Source of the DNA: Octopus bimaculoides
Taxonomy: Eukaryota
Direction of reading: 5' to 3'
DNA: 43,904 nt
Assembly: GCF_001194135.2 (NCBI RefSeq)
Contig: NC_068989.1
Span: 75,811,917 to 75,855,820 of the forward strand
Made by a program: the position numbers and the translations under genes. The notes beneath the pieces were generated by a model. The model worked only from the letters and a program-made list of their open reading frames with translations. It had not been told where the DNA came from and did no database searches. The stretch's first letter is position 1. The number at the start of each line of letters is the position of its first letter. Positions 26,871-39,806 of the stretch are shown piece by piece.

Positions 26871-28704
26871 TGTGTGTTGGCACTCCGTCGCTTCCGATGT
26901 CGAGGGTTCCAGTTGATCCGATCAACGGAACAGCCTGCTCGTGAAATTAAAGTGCAAGTGGCTGAGCACTCCACAGACACGTGTACCCTTAACGTAATTC
27001 TCGGGGATATTCAGCGTGACACAGTGTGACAAGGCTGACCCTTTGAATCACAGGCACAACAGGAAGTAAGAGTGAGAGAAAGTTGTGGTGGAAGAGTACA
27101 GCAGGGTTCGTCACCATCCCCTGCCGGAGCCTCGTGAAGCTTTTTAGGTGTTTTCGCTCAATAAACACTCACAACGCCCGGTCTGGGAATCGAAACCGCG
27201 ATCCTATGACCGCGTGTCCGCTGCCCTAATCACTGGGCCATTGCGCCACCACTCCCGGATTCTCGGTAAAGCGGCAATAAACAACGCACATAGAAAAATA
27301 AGACGCGCTGATTCTGTCCATTAATTTGCCTGCAGTCTCTTGAGTTGTATATCTAACAATTTATATTTTTGCTCGGGAGCCCAAGTGGCGGTAAAGTGAG
27401 ACACATGGGCCCAGTTCTAAGAAGGTTAAGGAACCCGTTGTATTCCTTGAGATGTTCTATGTAGCTCACTTTGTAATACTGTTTTTGTTTGGGTAAGTGC
27501 AAAGCATAATCTTTCTTCACGATCAGCGCCGCCTCCTGGAGCGTAGGTGTTTCTGGTGGTCCTTCCTATTGTAAGTAGATTTAAAATGGCCGAATGAATA
27601 TGATAATCATTTTGCAACCAAGAAGTTTCAGGTTTGATTCCACTGCGCGGCATCCTAGGCAAGTGTCTTTTACCATAGCCTCGGGTCAGCCCAAGCTTTG
27701 TGATAGACGGAAACTGTGCAGAAGCCCGTCAGATGGATTGTATTTGTGATTCAAAGATCCAACATTATCATGCATCGTGTCATGCAACTTCTGTTAAGAA
27801 ATGCGTTAAGGATACCCTTGGTCCTGGAATGCTAAGCCACCAAGGGCTAATTCACCAAGCAAGTAAGTCAATTAATCAAAAAGTATAATCTTCATCGTCG
27901 AAATAACGGAGATCCATTATTGTTACTCACTCACATAGAACCCCCCCCCCCAGCAATATTAAGTGAATGTTTACTTACCGATCCAATATTCATCATGTCC
28001 TTTTTTTTTGACTGCTGCTGATATGTCCATATTTGTCCAGTAATCATCTATCGTTACCAAATTGGAATGGAGGCTACAAACATTGAAGAAATGCATGAAA
28101 ATAATACTCGTAATTACAACAAATTTCTGATTCAGAAATGCACATACAAATATACATACATACATACATACATACATACATACAGACAGACAGACAGACA
28201 GACAGAGATTTGATATAATGATTTGGGATAGAGAAGAGAAACAGATAGAGAAGTGTACAGTTGTGGAAATTAGCTGCCAAGTGGATGTTAAAATAAAGCT
28301 GAAGATGAGTAAAAAAAAGAATACCTACGTTGAACTATTGAGAAATGTGCAGTTACTCTTTCCAGATAACAAGTTAAGGTTTATACCTGTAATTATTGGG
28401 ACCCAGGGATATTTAACACGCTGCCTAAATACCAATTTTGAGAAATTAGGCTTTTCAAAATTAGAAAGGAGAAAGCTAATTCGAAGACTACAGATACAAG
28501 CAATCATTGGAACTGTAAAAATCTGTAAAACTTTCCAGAAGTTTATCATTTAAGTATATATAAGGATGTCTACATATGCAATTATATGTATGAGAAGACA
28601 TATATGAAACAAAACATACAAATGTGCACGTATACATACATACATACATACATGCATGCATGCACACATACATACATACATGCATACGTTTATACATACA
28701 TACA

Positions 28705-28736
<32 letters not shown>

Positions 28737-31430
28737 CTGTTGTTGATGTTGAAACTGCAATAGAGCCTTGGGCCTAGGTTAGAAAGCGGCTCTTTCACGG
28801 TGATTACTTCATCTTTGCAGATGTTTGCCGTTTCGCCACGTACCCCCATCAACCATCATCAGTTCTAAACGTCTGTCCATGGCCCCTTAGGTGGCTTTTA
28901 AGTCCAGCATTAGATTTGCTCGGTCTGCAGCAAACATGACAGACAAAAGATGTGCCCTGTATTGGAGTTATTGGGTCAGCTTGTGGGATGTCATCCTTAT
29001 GTACCCTCATATACCTTTTAAGACTAGATATTGATTTGCAGATCTTTTTGCACACCACAAATGTTGCCTCACCTAGTATTGGAGGGATAGAACTGCATAC
29101 AGTTGGCTTTTTATGTGATTTTAAATGAGTGATGTACCCAGATTTAGAGAGCAGTAAACGACCACACACCTCACAAATCCAGCTCACTGTGTTCTTATTG
29201 ATAGTCATACTGTGGCCTTTTCGAAGCTAGCATGAATAAGACGTCTCTCTTCAAACATTCTGCAGCCTTCCTTCACATCCTCTCCATTTACCTCCACTTT
29301 AAAGCAAGCGCTTCTCAGTTCTGATCTTGAAGCTGAAGATCTTTAAGGTTGTTTTTTATGTAATCCTTATATCTTTTTCTTGGTTTGTGCTGAGGGTGTT
29401 TCCCAGTGTGCAATCGAATGTAACATACTTGGTTTGGGAGTCTTTCCTCATTCATGCACACAACATGGCCTACCCAATGCATTTAAGAGGATATTATGGT
29501 AGATTCAATGCTCGTGAATCTATAAGGATTTGTGCCTCAAGTAATTTCTGTTGCCATTTGATGTTTAGGATTCTTCTTAAACACTTTTGGTTAAAGAGTT
29601 CAAGCAAATCAAGGTGCTTACAATGTACTGTCCATGTTTCCAAAGTGTACAACAGAGCACTTAGAATGCAGGCCTTTTACACACTCATCTTGGTCTTGAT
29701 ATTGATGACATGATCTGCCCACACTTTCTTTTCAAGTTTTCCAAAGGCTACAGAGACCTTCTGAATGCACAGGTGTATTTCTGCATCCAGAGAACCACCC
29801 AGGTAAACAAAAAGTGTCAACCACACCCAACCTAGTTCCATGCACCATTATATTTGGTTCGCTATATGCTTCCCCTAGTGATGGGGTGAACATTACCTTG
29901 GTATTTTTTAAATTAATTTCCATGCCAAAGGCATTACAAGATGCTGCAAAACAATCCATATATATATATATAAGTTCCTTTCCGAGGCATGCAGAATCAC
30001 AGGGGCCGGTTTCCCGGTTTCCATGGCGTATAAACTCCCCACCTGGATAGGACGCCAGTCTGTCACAGGGTTACTCATTTTTGCCAACTTAGTGGACTGG
30101 AGCAACGTGAAATGAAGTGTTTTGCTCAAGAACACAACGCGTCGCCCGGTTCAGGAATCTTGTGACAATGAATCCAACACCCTAACAACTAATCCACGCG
30201 CCTCCACACACACACAGACGCGCTCTCTCTCACACTCTCTCTCACACTCTCTCTCACACTCTCTCTCACACTCTCTCTCACACTCTCTCTCCCTCTCTCT
30301 CCCTCTCTCCCTCNNNNNNNNNNNNNNNNNNNNNNNNNNNNNNNNNNNNNNNNNNNNNNNNNNNNNNNNNNNNNNNNNNNNNNNNNNNNNNNNNNNNNNN
30401 NNNNNNNNNNNNNNNNNNNNNNNNNNNNNNNNNNNNNNNNNNNNNNNNNNNNNNNNNNNNNNNNTCTCCCTCTCTCGCTCCCTCTCTCCCTCACCCCCCT
30501 CTCTCTCAAATACACCCCCCACGCGTTCATATTTTGCTTAGGCATAGCGAGATAAATAACCTGGTGTAGAACTCAATATACGTAAGGTCCAGAACACAAT
30601 GTTATATGAGTATAGATTGGTAATAAAAACCGAGACGACATCAGAAAAATCAAATGTTACGTAATGAACTTCGTTAGCTTACAGCTGTTTCTGCTATAAT
30701 AAGATGTGTTGTTTGTCGCCCCACACTTCTTGACTACCGGTGTTGGTTTACATTCACTGAAACCTAACGCTTCTGAATAAGAGCCAGGCTTAAGAAATAA
30801 ATACTGGGATCGATTTGTTTGACTAAAGTTTTCAAAGTGGTGCCCCGCCATCATTGCAGTCCAATAATTCAAACAAGCAAAAGATAATTCATCCAACTGA
30901 AACAAACAATATATTAGTTGGGGAGACATTGTTAGTGACAATATACACATGGCTACAATTAACGTCTATGTTACCTTTTACATGAGTCATCAGCCAAGTC
31001 CCATGGCATTTGCTTTTCAACGATATGGTAACACATATATCCAATGTTGAACCATTCTGTAAATAGAAACAAAGAATGAAAGACATTAGAATCTTGTATT
31101 GTAAATGCTGTGGAATTTTTTTATAGAGGCAAAATGGCTCACTACTTTGAAAACAGAAATAAAATGAAGGCATATTGTTTCGTCTGTATAGAATGGGTAG
31201 GAGTATAGAATGGGAAGGAAAAGTTCAGAGGACTATTACCTGCCGCTGGTGAGCATCTTATCTAAATGGAGTTTCACCTCTCATCCGCTTAGTATCATAT
31301 GGGTCCATCGAGAAACACCTACGTGGTCGCTCGACATTCTACGAATAGCAATCAATATTATACAACAGCAGACTAACACACACACACACATACACACACA
31401 TGTATGTATGTATGTATGCATGTATTCATG

Positions 31431-31471
<41 letters not shown>

Positions 31472-31720
31472 TTTTTTTTATGTATGTATATATATATATA
31501 TATATATACATTCTTTTTTTTATTCGTTTTACTTGTTTCAGTCATTTGACTGCGTCCATGCTGGGGCACCGCCTTTAGTCGAGCAAGTCGACGGCAGAAC
31601 ATATTCTTTGTTAGCCTTGTACTTATTCTATCGGTTTATTTTTGCTGGACCGCTAAGTTACGGGGACTTAAACACACCACCATCGGTTGTCAAGCGATGT
31701 TGGGGAAACGAAGGGACACA

Positions 31721-31799
<79 letters not shown>

Positions 31800-34700
31800 T
31801 TATACACGACGGGCTTCTTTCAGTTTCCGTCCATCAAATCCACTCGCAAAGCTTTGGTCGGCCCAAGGCTATAGAAGAAGCCACTTGCCCAAGGTGCCAC
31901 ACAGTGGGACTAAACCCGGAACCATGTGGTTGGTAAGCAAGCAACTTACCACACAGTCACTCCTGCGCCCATATATAAATATCTTTTATCTTTATCTTTC
32001 TTAGTTGTTTGTTATTAGACTGCGGCCATGCTGGGGCACCGTCTTGAAGAGTTTAGTCGAACAAATCAGCCTCGATACATTTGTTCTGTTTTTTAAAAGT
32101 TTGGTACTTATTCTATCATTCTGCTTCTGAGGAATTGCCAAGTTAGGGTGACGTAAACAAACCAATAGCGGTTGTTAAGTGGTGTTGGGGCGCAACCACA
32201 AACACACACACAAACGCACAAACAAACAAACACACTCACACACATAAACACAAGCACACTCATACACACACATACATATACAAACGCACAAACACACATA
32301 CACACACAAGCACACACAAACACACAAATGCATACACACACAAACACACATACACACCCACAAACACAAACACAGAGAGATACACACATACACAAACATA
32401 CTGACACACACACATACACGCGCACACACACACACATACACACAAATACACGTATATCTATATAAGACGGTTTTCTATCAATGTGTGTATCTGTGGATTT
32501 TTGTTTGATATTTTCCATTGAAACTAAATAGACTGATTTCGCTGATATGAGCTCTAGCAGCTGCGTTACAAATTTCAGAAGTAGGGCTGTTGTGTATTTC
32601 AACCGTTTAATCAATGCATATTTTTATTAATACGTCAGTTAGCCCTATTAAAACTCTCTGAAGCACATACTCAAATATGCTGTTCGTCATTGATGTCATT
32701 AGGTAATATCTATTTAGCACAGTAATAATTAAAACTCATAACTGCTGGTCTTGAGTTAAAATTTGAAATCAATATTGATATTTAATACATCAGTTTCAAC
32801 AAGGCCAACTGTTTTGTCTTAGTCCGCAACCACTAGTGGCAAAGTTTCATATAGAAAACCTGTTTCTGGAGCACCTTAACAAAACGTGCTAATGGCTAAA
32901 CTGCCGCTATTCATTATAGTTTGAAGTAAGAAGAAAAATTAGCTTGACAGTGTAAATAAATTTGTTTCAATATCAGATATTTTAGTATCAATTTATCCAA
33001 CACGTTCCATGTTGAACAGTTTTGCGTTTGCGTGTGTTTTCCCCATCAAATGCAAGCCATTTTCCTTTAAGAAATGTGTGTTCGTGACTACAGAATTTGT
33101 ATTTTAGAATTTTCATTTTGTTCAGGTAAAAGTATCGGATCTTGTTCAAAACGGGGGCACCAGTATTTTCTTAACGAAACACTTTGAAACTTGGGACACT
33201 GGTAGAATGTGTCATATAAAACATCTTTTTCTCTTAGTCTTCTTAACTAAAAAACGTACATCGCAAGTTATTTCATGTTAAAGTTGTCGTATTTCTGTAA
33301 TTTCAACCAATGACTGACGTCCATTCAGCCGTAAAAATTAAGTGCTGACTACGTAAACAAACGAATCTCGGCGGTGATAAAATTATTATTTCCTTGTCAA
33401 AAAATGGCTGAAGCATATTGGCAGTAGCTAATAAACCTTTCTATTATAGGCACAAGGCATGGTTTTTGAGGGAAGGAGCAAGTCAATTAGGGTTAGGGTT
33501 AGGGTTAGGGAAAACGAACACACGTGTGTTGCCTCTGCAAAATGTCTGAAGTAATGGAGATTAAATACGCTTTACACCGCTTAAAGTGCCAAAGGAGTAA
33601 CTTGTAAACAGCTGAATACTTGTCAGTGATTGGTTGAAATTATCGAAATAAGACAATTTTTTACATGAAATAAATCCGAATACAAAAATTTTTTTCTGTT
33701 CTATAACACAAAATAGATAAGTATACAAAGTTTGAAAGTCTTTCGGTACCAAAAACACTACATAAAACATTAATGAAAACTGGTGCCCCCGTTTTGAACA
33801 AGATCCAAAGTATCGGCAACCTTGATGTAATGATCGATTTTTTAAATTCGATCTCTTTTTTCTGTTGTTTGAGGTCCACACAGGTATTAACCGACATATT
33901 TCTCAATTGCAGCTGTCTCGTCATTTTTGATCAATAGGAAGTATGATTCACGCTCTCACTGCGTCAATAAATTTACAATATCTTCAATTGTCACGAAAAC
34001 TATTTATAAACATTGTAATGAACTCAGAGACATAAACCCGGTTCTGCAATGAGCGACTTCGTTTTAGGTCCTACATTACTCATTATCACTTTTGGTATTT
34101 TGCAGAACACATGTTCTCCGGTTGTTTCGGATGAACCATTAGTGACATCTTCAGGACAGCTTCAATATTGTCTCTGAGAAAAAGTCCGTTGCCTCCATCT
34201 CAATACCATGTTCATCATCATTTCTTGGAAAGATTACGTATTGCTTCATAGAACTAAAATAATCCCGTAAAGATGAAAGCCAAATTCTACACCGCTGGAA
34301 GTTGAACAAAAAATGAACATAAAATGAAGATGAAGACAGAATGCTGATAAGCATTTTGTCTGGCACGGTAATGATTCTGCCAGATTGCCAACTTGTATTA
34401 AATATTAACATTGGCTTCAAATTTTGTCACAAGGTCAGCAATTTCGGGCGAGAATGAAGTCAGTTACATCGACCCCATCGTTCAATTGGTATTTTATTTT
34501 ATCTATAACGAAAGGATAAAAGGCAAAAATCGACCTCAACGGAATTTGAACTCAGAACAGAATTAAATCAAAAGGAAATATGCATGTCATATTTTGAATC
34601 TTGGAAGCTACCAATTCATATTTTTTCCCAATAGTTATTCAGTTATGAAAAAGGATTGAATAAAGTATATTAGAGGCTTTTCCTGACTTAGTGTTCAGAG

Positions 34701-36590
34701 TATTCGGTTCAAGGTCGTGAGTTCGGTTCGCGGTGGCGCTTTATGTTCTTGCGCAAGAGACTTTATTTAACATTGCACCAGTTCACTCAGCTTACAGTCG
34801 TGCCCAAAATTTTGGAACATTTTTTTAGAAATTAAAATTGTTATGCCAAAATACAATTCGATTCAAATATATACAACGTATATATTTGGGCATTTAAAAT
34901 AAAGTCTAATTTTCACACCTATAAAAAGTCTAATTTTCACACCTATAAAAAGTCTAATTTTCACACCTATGTTCCAAACTTTTGGTCAAGTAATAATATA
35001 TTACAAATTAAAATGGCGGCGAGCTGGCAGAAACGTTAGCACGCCGGGTGAAATGCTTAGCAGTATTTCGTTTGCTGTTACGTTCTGAGTTCAAATTCCG
35101 CCGAGGTCAACTTTGCCTTTCATCCTTTCGGGGCCGATTAAACAAGTACCAGCTACGCACTGGAGTCGATGTAATCGACTTAATCCCTTTGTCTGTTCTT
35201 GCTTGTCCCTTCTATGTTTAGCTCCCTGTGGGCAATAAAGAAATACATGTCTTACAAATTAAATATAACTTACGGCATTTAATATAAAGATTCTAATTTT
35301 CAGATCTACGTTCCAATCTTTTGGCCACGGCTGTACAAAGATGAGTTGTAACTAATTCAAACGACTAGTCTTGTTACACTCTGTGTCATGTTGAATCTTC
35401 CCGAGAACTACATTAAAGGTACACGTATCTGTGGCGTGCCCAGCTGCTTGCACGTTAATTTCACGAGCAGGCTGTTCTGTTCATCGGATCATGTGGAACA
35501 CTCGTCGCCATAATCCACTGAGTGTCAGTTATCAGGTGTAGCAAGTGGGCGTACTCTATTGTTGATATTGGACACCTGAGTTATACACTTCGGTGGTAAT
35601 TATAAAGAAAGCATTATTCACAAAATTCCTTGTGACTCATATTCAAGCCTAATATCAAATCTGCTTATCATTCAAAAGCTGGAAGGAAATTTTTTGCGAA
35701 ATTCTCTCTTTGAGGTTCTTCCTATCAAATTCATATCGATGATAACTTCCTGAAATCACTACCATTAATACTGCTATTGGTTTGCTGAGAGGTAGACACG
35801 GAAACCTTATTGATTAAAAACTGCAAGAACCTTGGGTGATATAAAGAATAAAATAATCCGATGTTATATCTTTCGGTACAATTACCAAGGAGGAATTGAA
35901 CCTGAACATCAAGGTTATACTGAATCGATTAAGAGAAACTAGAATGAATTTTAACTGAGACAATTGTATTTTTAATGGTGAGATAATTTTGTTTTGGGTA
36001 TATTCCATTTCAACGGAACGTGTTTCTCCAGAACGCCGTTTGGTCCCCAAAATGTTAAATGTGCATTTCGCCTTTAATAAAAGGCTCGGCAAAGTGACTG
36101 TACCTGGAACTGTACGGTTGCGAAAAGAACTTCTTAACCACGCAGTCACATCACTGTCCACTGTCGTAATGTTGATGATAAAGTTATACACTGGATAGGA
36201 ACTGACTTGTTGCATCTTGATCAACTAGCTTCTTAAACGCTGTGTAATTTGCTATCGGACAAAATCATTTCCACAATAAAGAAGTAAATGTCGGGAGTAA
36301 GTGCTTTAATGCTGTAAGTCAAAATAAGCATGCTAAGCTTACGTTAATTCTGGAAAATGTTATCACTTTGAAAGCGCGTTTTTGTCGTTACGCTAGAAAT
36401 ATATAAATAAATCATTGCGTATTCCAGACGATATCGATTGAGAAAATACTGTTGCTTATAGTTGCTTGAAGTTTGGTTTATAGCAATTTCCATGATATTA
36501 TAAACTAGTAGATGAATGTTCTAAATGTGCAGATATGACTTTCAAAACAGACTTCATTTGGGTCATTAAGTGTTAGAATCTCTAGACTCA

Positions 36591-36649
<59 letters not shown>

Positions 36650-38463
36650 ANNNNNNNNNNTAGCGATCTATAGATATATATATAGTGAGAATTTACAAAA
36701 AAAAAACAACAAAAGACGAAGACAGGCGTGTAAACAACAAACAGATGTATTAGTTTAACACACGGGAAGTGAGAAAGTCTTTTACGTTTCGAGCCTACGC
36801 TCTTCGACAGAAAGGAACACAGAAATAAACAGGGAAAGAAAATAGAAAAAGGTTTAGTGACTAGCGATCTATAGATATATATATAGTCAACAGATGAGAT
36901 CCGGAGATGCTCAATGTAGAAAACACTTCCTAGCGCTCAAATGATTTGGGTAAAGAGTGGCTATAAGAGGAATCTAGGCGAGCTGATAAGGAGATAATGA
37001 TGCAGATAAACAAATAAAACCGCTTGAGCTAGATAAATAAAATAGACATACATGTATACAAGTAAATAGAGAAAAAACAAAGACTGAAAATATTCTGACG
37101 ATGATCATTCAAGTATAAATGTATAGTTGTTCATATATTAACAGAGCAGACTTACACAGAGTACAGAGACACAGAAAAGTAAGGGGAGAAGGTATGGTGT
37201 TACAGATCTGACAGCTGTTTCTGGGAACTCGGAATTACTCCATACTATTGGCTGATGTAGTTCGCAAAAAGCCAAAGATATGCAACCAGTAGTGGAAGGT
37301 TATAAACGTTAAGTAAATCCGGCTTCTGTCTTCAGGGTGGAGAAATAGGTATTTAGGTTAAATATCTAAACTGATGATCTTTGTTAGCGTTACTCAACTT
37401 ACCTAAACACTTGTCATGCTCCTCTTTACTTGATCTACATACAACATCATTATGAATATAACTAAATGCTACATTCACATAATTAACAGTAATTATGATA
37501 GTAATTATTCTTTGGCTAGCAGTTACAGCTTCATCCCAAAAGACATTTTACGAAATTGAAATAAATTATACATTAGTTTCAAAAGCTTCAAAGGATCGAT
37601 CAATAATATGCAATGGGACTTGACAATAAGCTTGTTATATGTCCAACTTAAAAATTTATAATGTTTAGGTGTAATTTAACGAAGTTGAAAATTAAAGAAA
37701 GAAACATTCATCCGAAGGAAGGAGTTCGTTAAAAGTTTGGGAACATCCTATAGCCATTTTTAATGTCTTTGTATTTCTCACAAGCAAAATCTCGCCATGA
37801 CATGAAGAAATACTGCCTTCTTTTATCGTTTCTTTTTAATACGCAATTAGTTTTCTTTTTTAAAAATATATTTTCAGTATAAAATCGACTATAAGTAGCA
37901 AAAGCTTTACAATCTTTATCAAAACCCCTACAAATTTGTGCGGGAGAAATAAGCATAATTGTTTGACCGAAAATAATTGTGAATAGTTAAAATACTAAAT
38001 GTAATGTCGACATTTTTCCGAAGACACCAAAGATTCTACTCCAACGGTGAACGCATACAACAATCCTTTCATCCGTATATATAAAAGGCAGGATGTGTGT
38101 GTGTGTGTGTGTGTACGTGAATGTAATTTATGCACGTCCACAAATTAGCACGCATGTCGCTCCAATTTTCGGGGGACATTCGTCATGACCCTAGCTGCAT
38201 TTTCGTCAACTTATTTTCCACAGAGGTACCAGCGAATAGCAGTAAAAATAAATTTTCAACCAAACATTTTAACAATTTTCAAGTCGGAGAAAACCATCAT
38301 TGTTTACAACAGGAGTTAAGTCCCCTTCTAGCACGTTTTTAAGACTTTTGTTGTTTTTTTTCCATCGATGAAAAAAGTGTTTTGTTGATATACGGGCAAC
38401 ACACGCACACACGTACGAACATGTNNNNNNNNNNNNNNNNNNNNNNNTGTGTGTGTGTGTTGC

Positions 38464-38507
<44 letters not shown>

Positions 38508-39769
38508 TTAATACTTAGTTGTGATCTGAACATAACCGCTTCTGACACAGAGAATCGGGAGCCCTTTTGGGCATTCTATTTTCGTTGTTCGAAGGGTTCC
38601 CAACTCATGGGCAAAGAGGGGTCAGATGATGAGGATGGTGCTTTCAAAAGGCTGGCATGAGTAACCTGATCACCTCTGCCGATCAAACTCCCAATTTATG
38701 CGCTCCTGTCGCGAAACTGATTCTGCCCAAATTTGACGTCGATGTTACTTAGTTTGGTCTGAAATAACGAACTTGATTAGTTTAATAATCCCAACTTAAT
38801 CCCGGGCAAAGCCGGGCTATACTGCTAGTATTATTATAAATAGTAATCAAGAATATCATCGTAAAAAGAAAAAAAAGAAAAAACTAATAACATTTTGGGA
38901 TGTCGAAAAGCCAATTTCATATTAATGACAAAAGCGGTGTTAATAACATTTCTTTTTTGTATTTCCTGAAGCACTTAAAGCCTCAACATTTTTCTTTAGT
39001 GTAGTTACTGGAAGTGACTTTTGAATAGAATCTGAAACCGCTATAAACGTAAGAATGGCACTTGCTGACTTATTATTATTATTAGATTGGTATATTTATG
39101 ACGCATGACCCTTTTTTTCCACATGAATGACAAAGGTTGTTTGGTAGGATAATCTTGCTGGTTATGAATCTTACTTGTCAGATGATGTTATGGAGGCTTC
39201 CATAGTGGAATATGTTGTTGAACGTAGATTATATAGCTAATAGCATTCATCTTAGCCAATTCGTTGTTGTCGTCGTCGTCGTCATCATCATCATCAACAA
39301 CATATTGTTAATGGTATTGTTGCCATTGTCGTCGTCATAGTCAATGTCGTTGTCGGCGTCATCGATAACTAAGAGACTAGAATTTTTGGTGTCTTCGGAA
39401 AAAATATCGTCAATATGATTACTGAGAGAAAAGCTATGTACTCCTAACGTCTTCTTTAATTTTTATCCCAGTTACCAACGAGTACAAATTTGACTATTCC
39501 GATTTTAAATTATGAATATCTGAGTCTTTTTGTATAGAACAAATTGTATAGCAACATAAATAATAAAAACTATATTCCATTTTAACATCTAATCTCCTCC
39601 ATTACATAAATATGAATGAATTTGTTGAACTGTGTTTAACAAGTTAAATCATATACTTATATATANNNNNNNNNNNNNNNNNNNNNNNNNNNNNNNNNNN
39701 NNNNNNNNNNNNNNNNNNNNNNNNNNNNNNNNNNNNNNNNNNNNNNNNNNNNNNNNNNNNNNNTACATA

Positions 39770-39806
<37 letters not shown>

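Noticed and set aside
28849-29208. Stand-alone C2H2 zinc-finger host gene
   Set aside because: Contiguous with a frameshifted RTE reverse transcriptase and its 3' UTR, so it is retrotransposon-encoded.
34900-34970. Three ~22-bp direct repeats (CRISPR-like at a glance)
   Set aside because: Head-to-tail with no spacers, inside a eukaryotic MITE.
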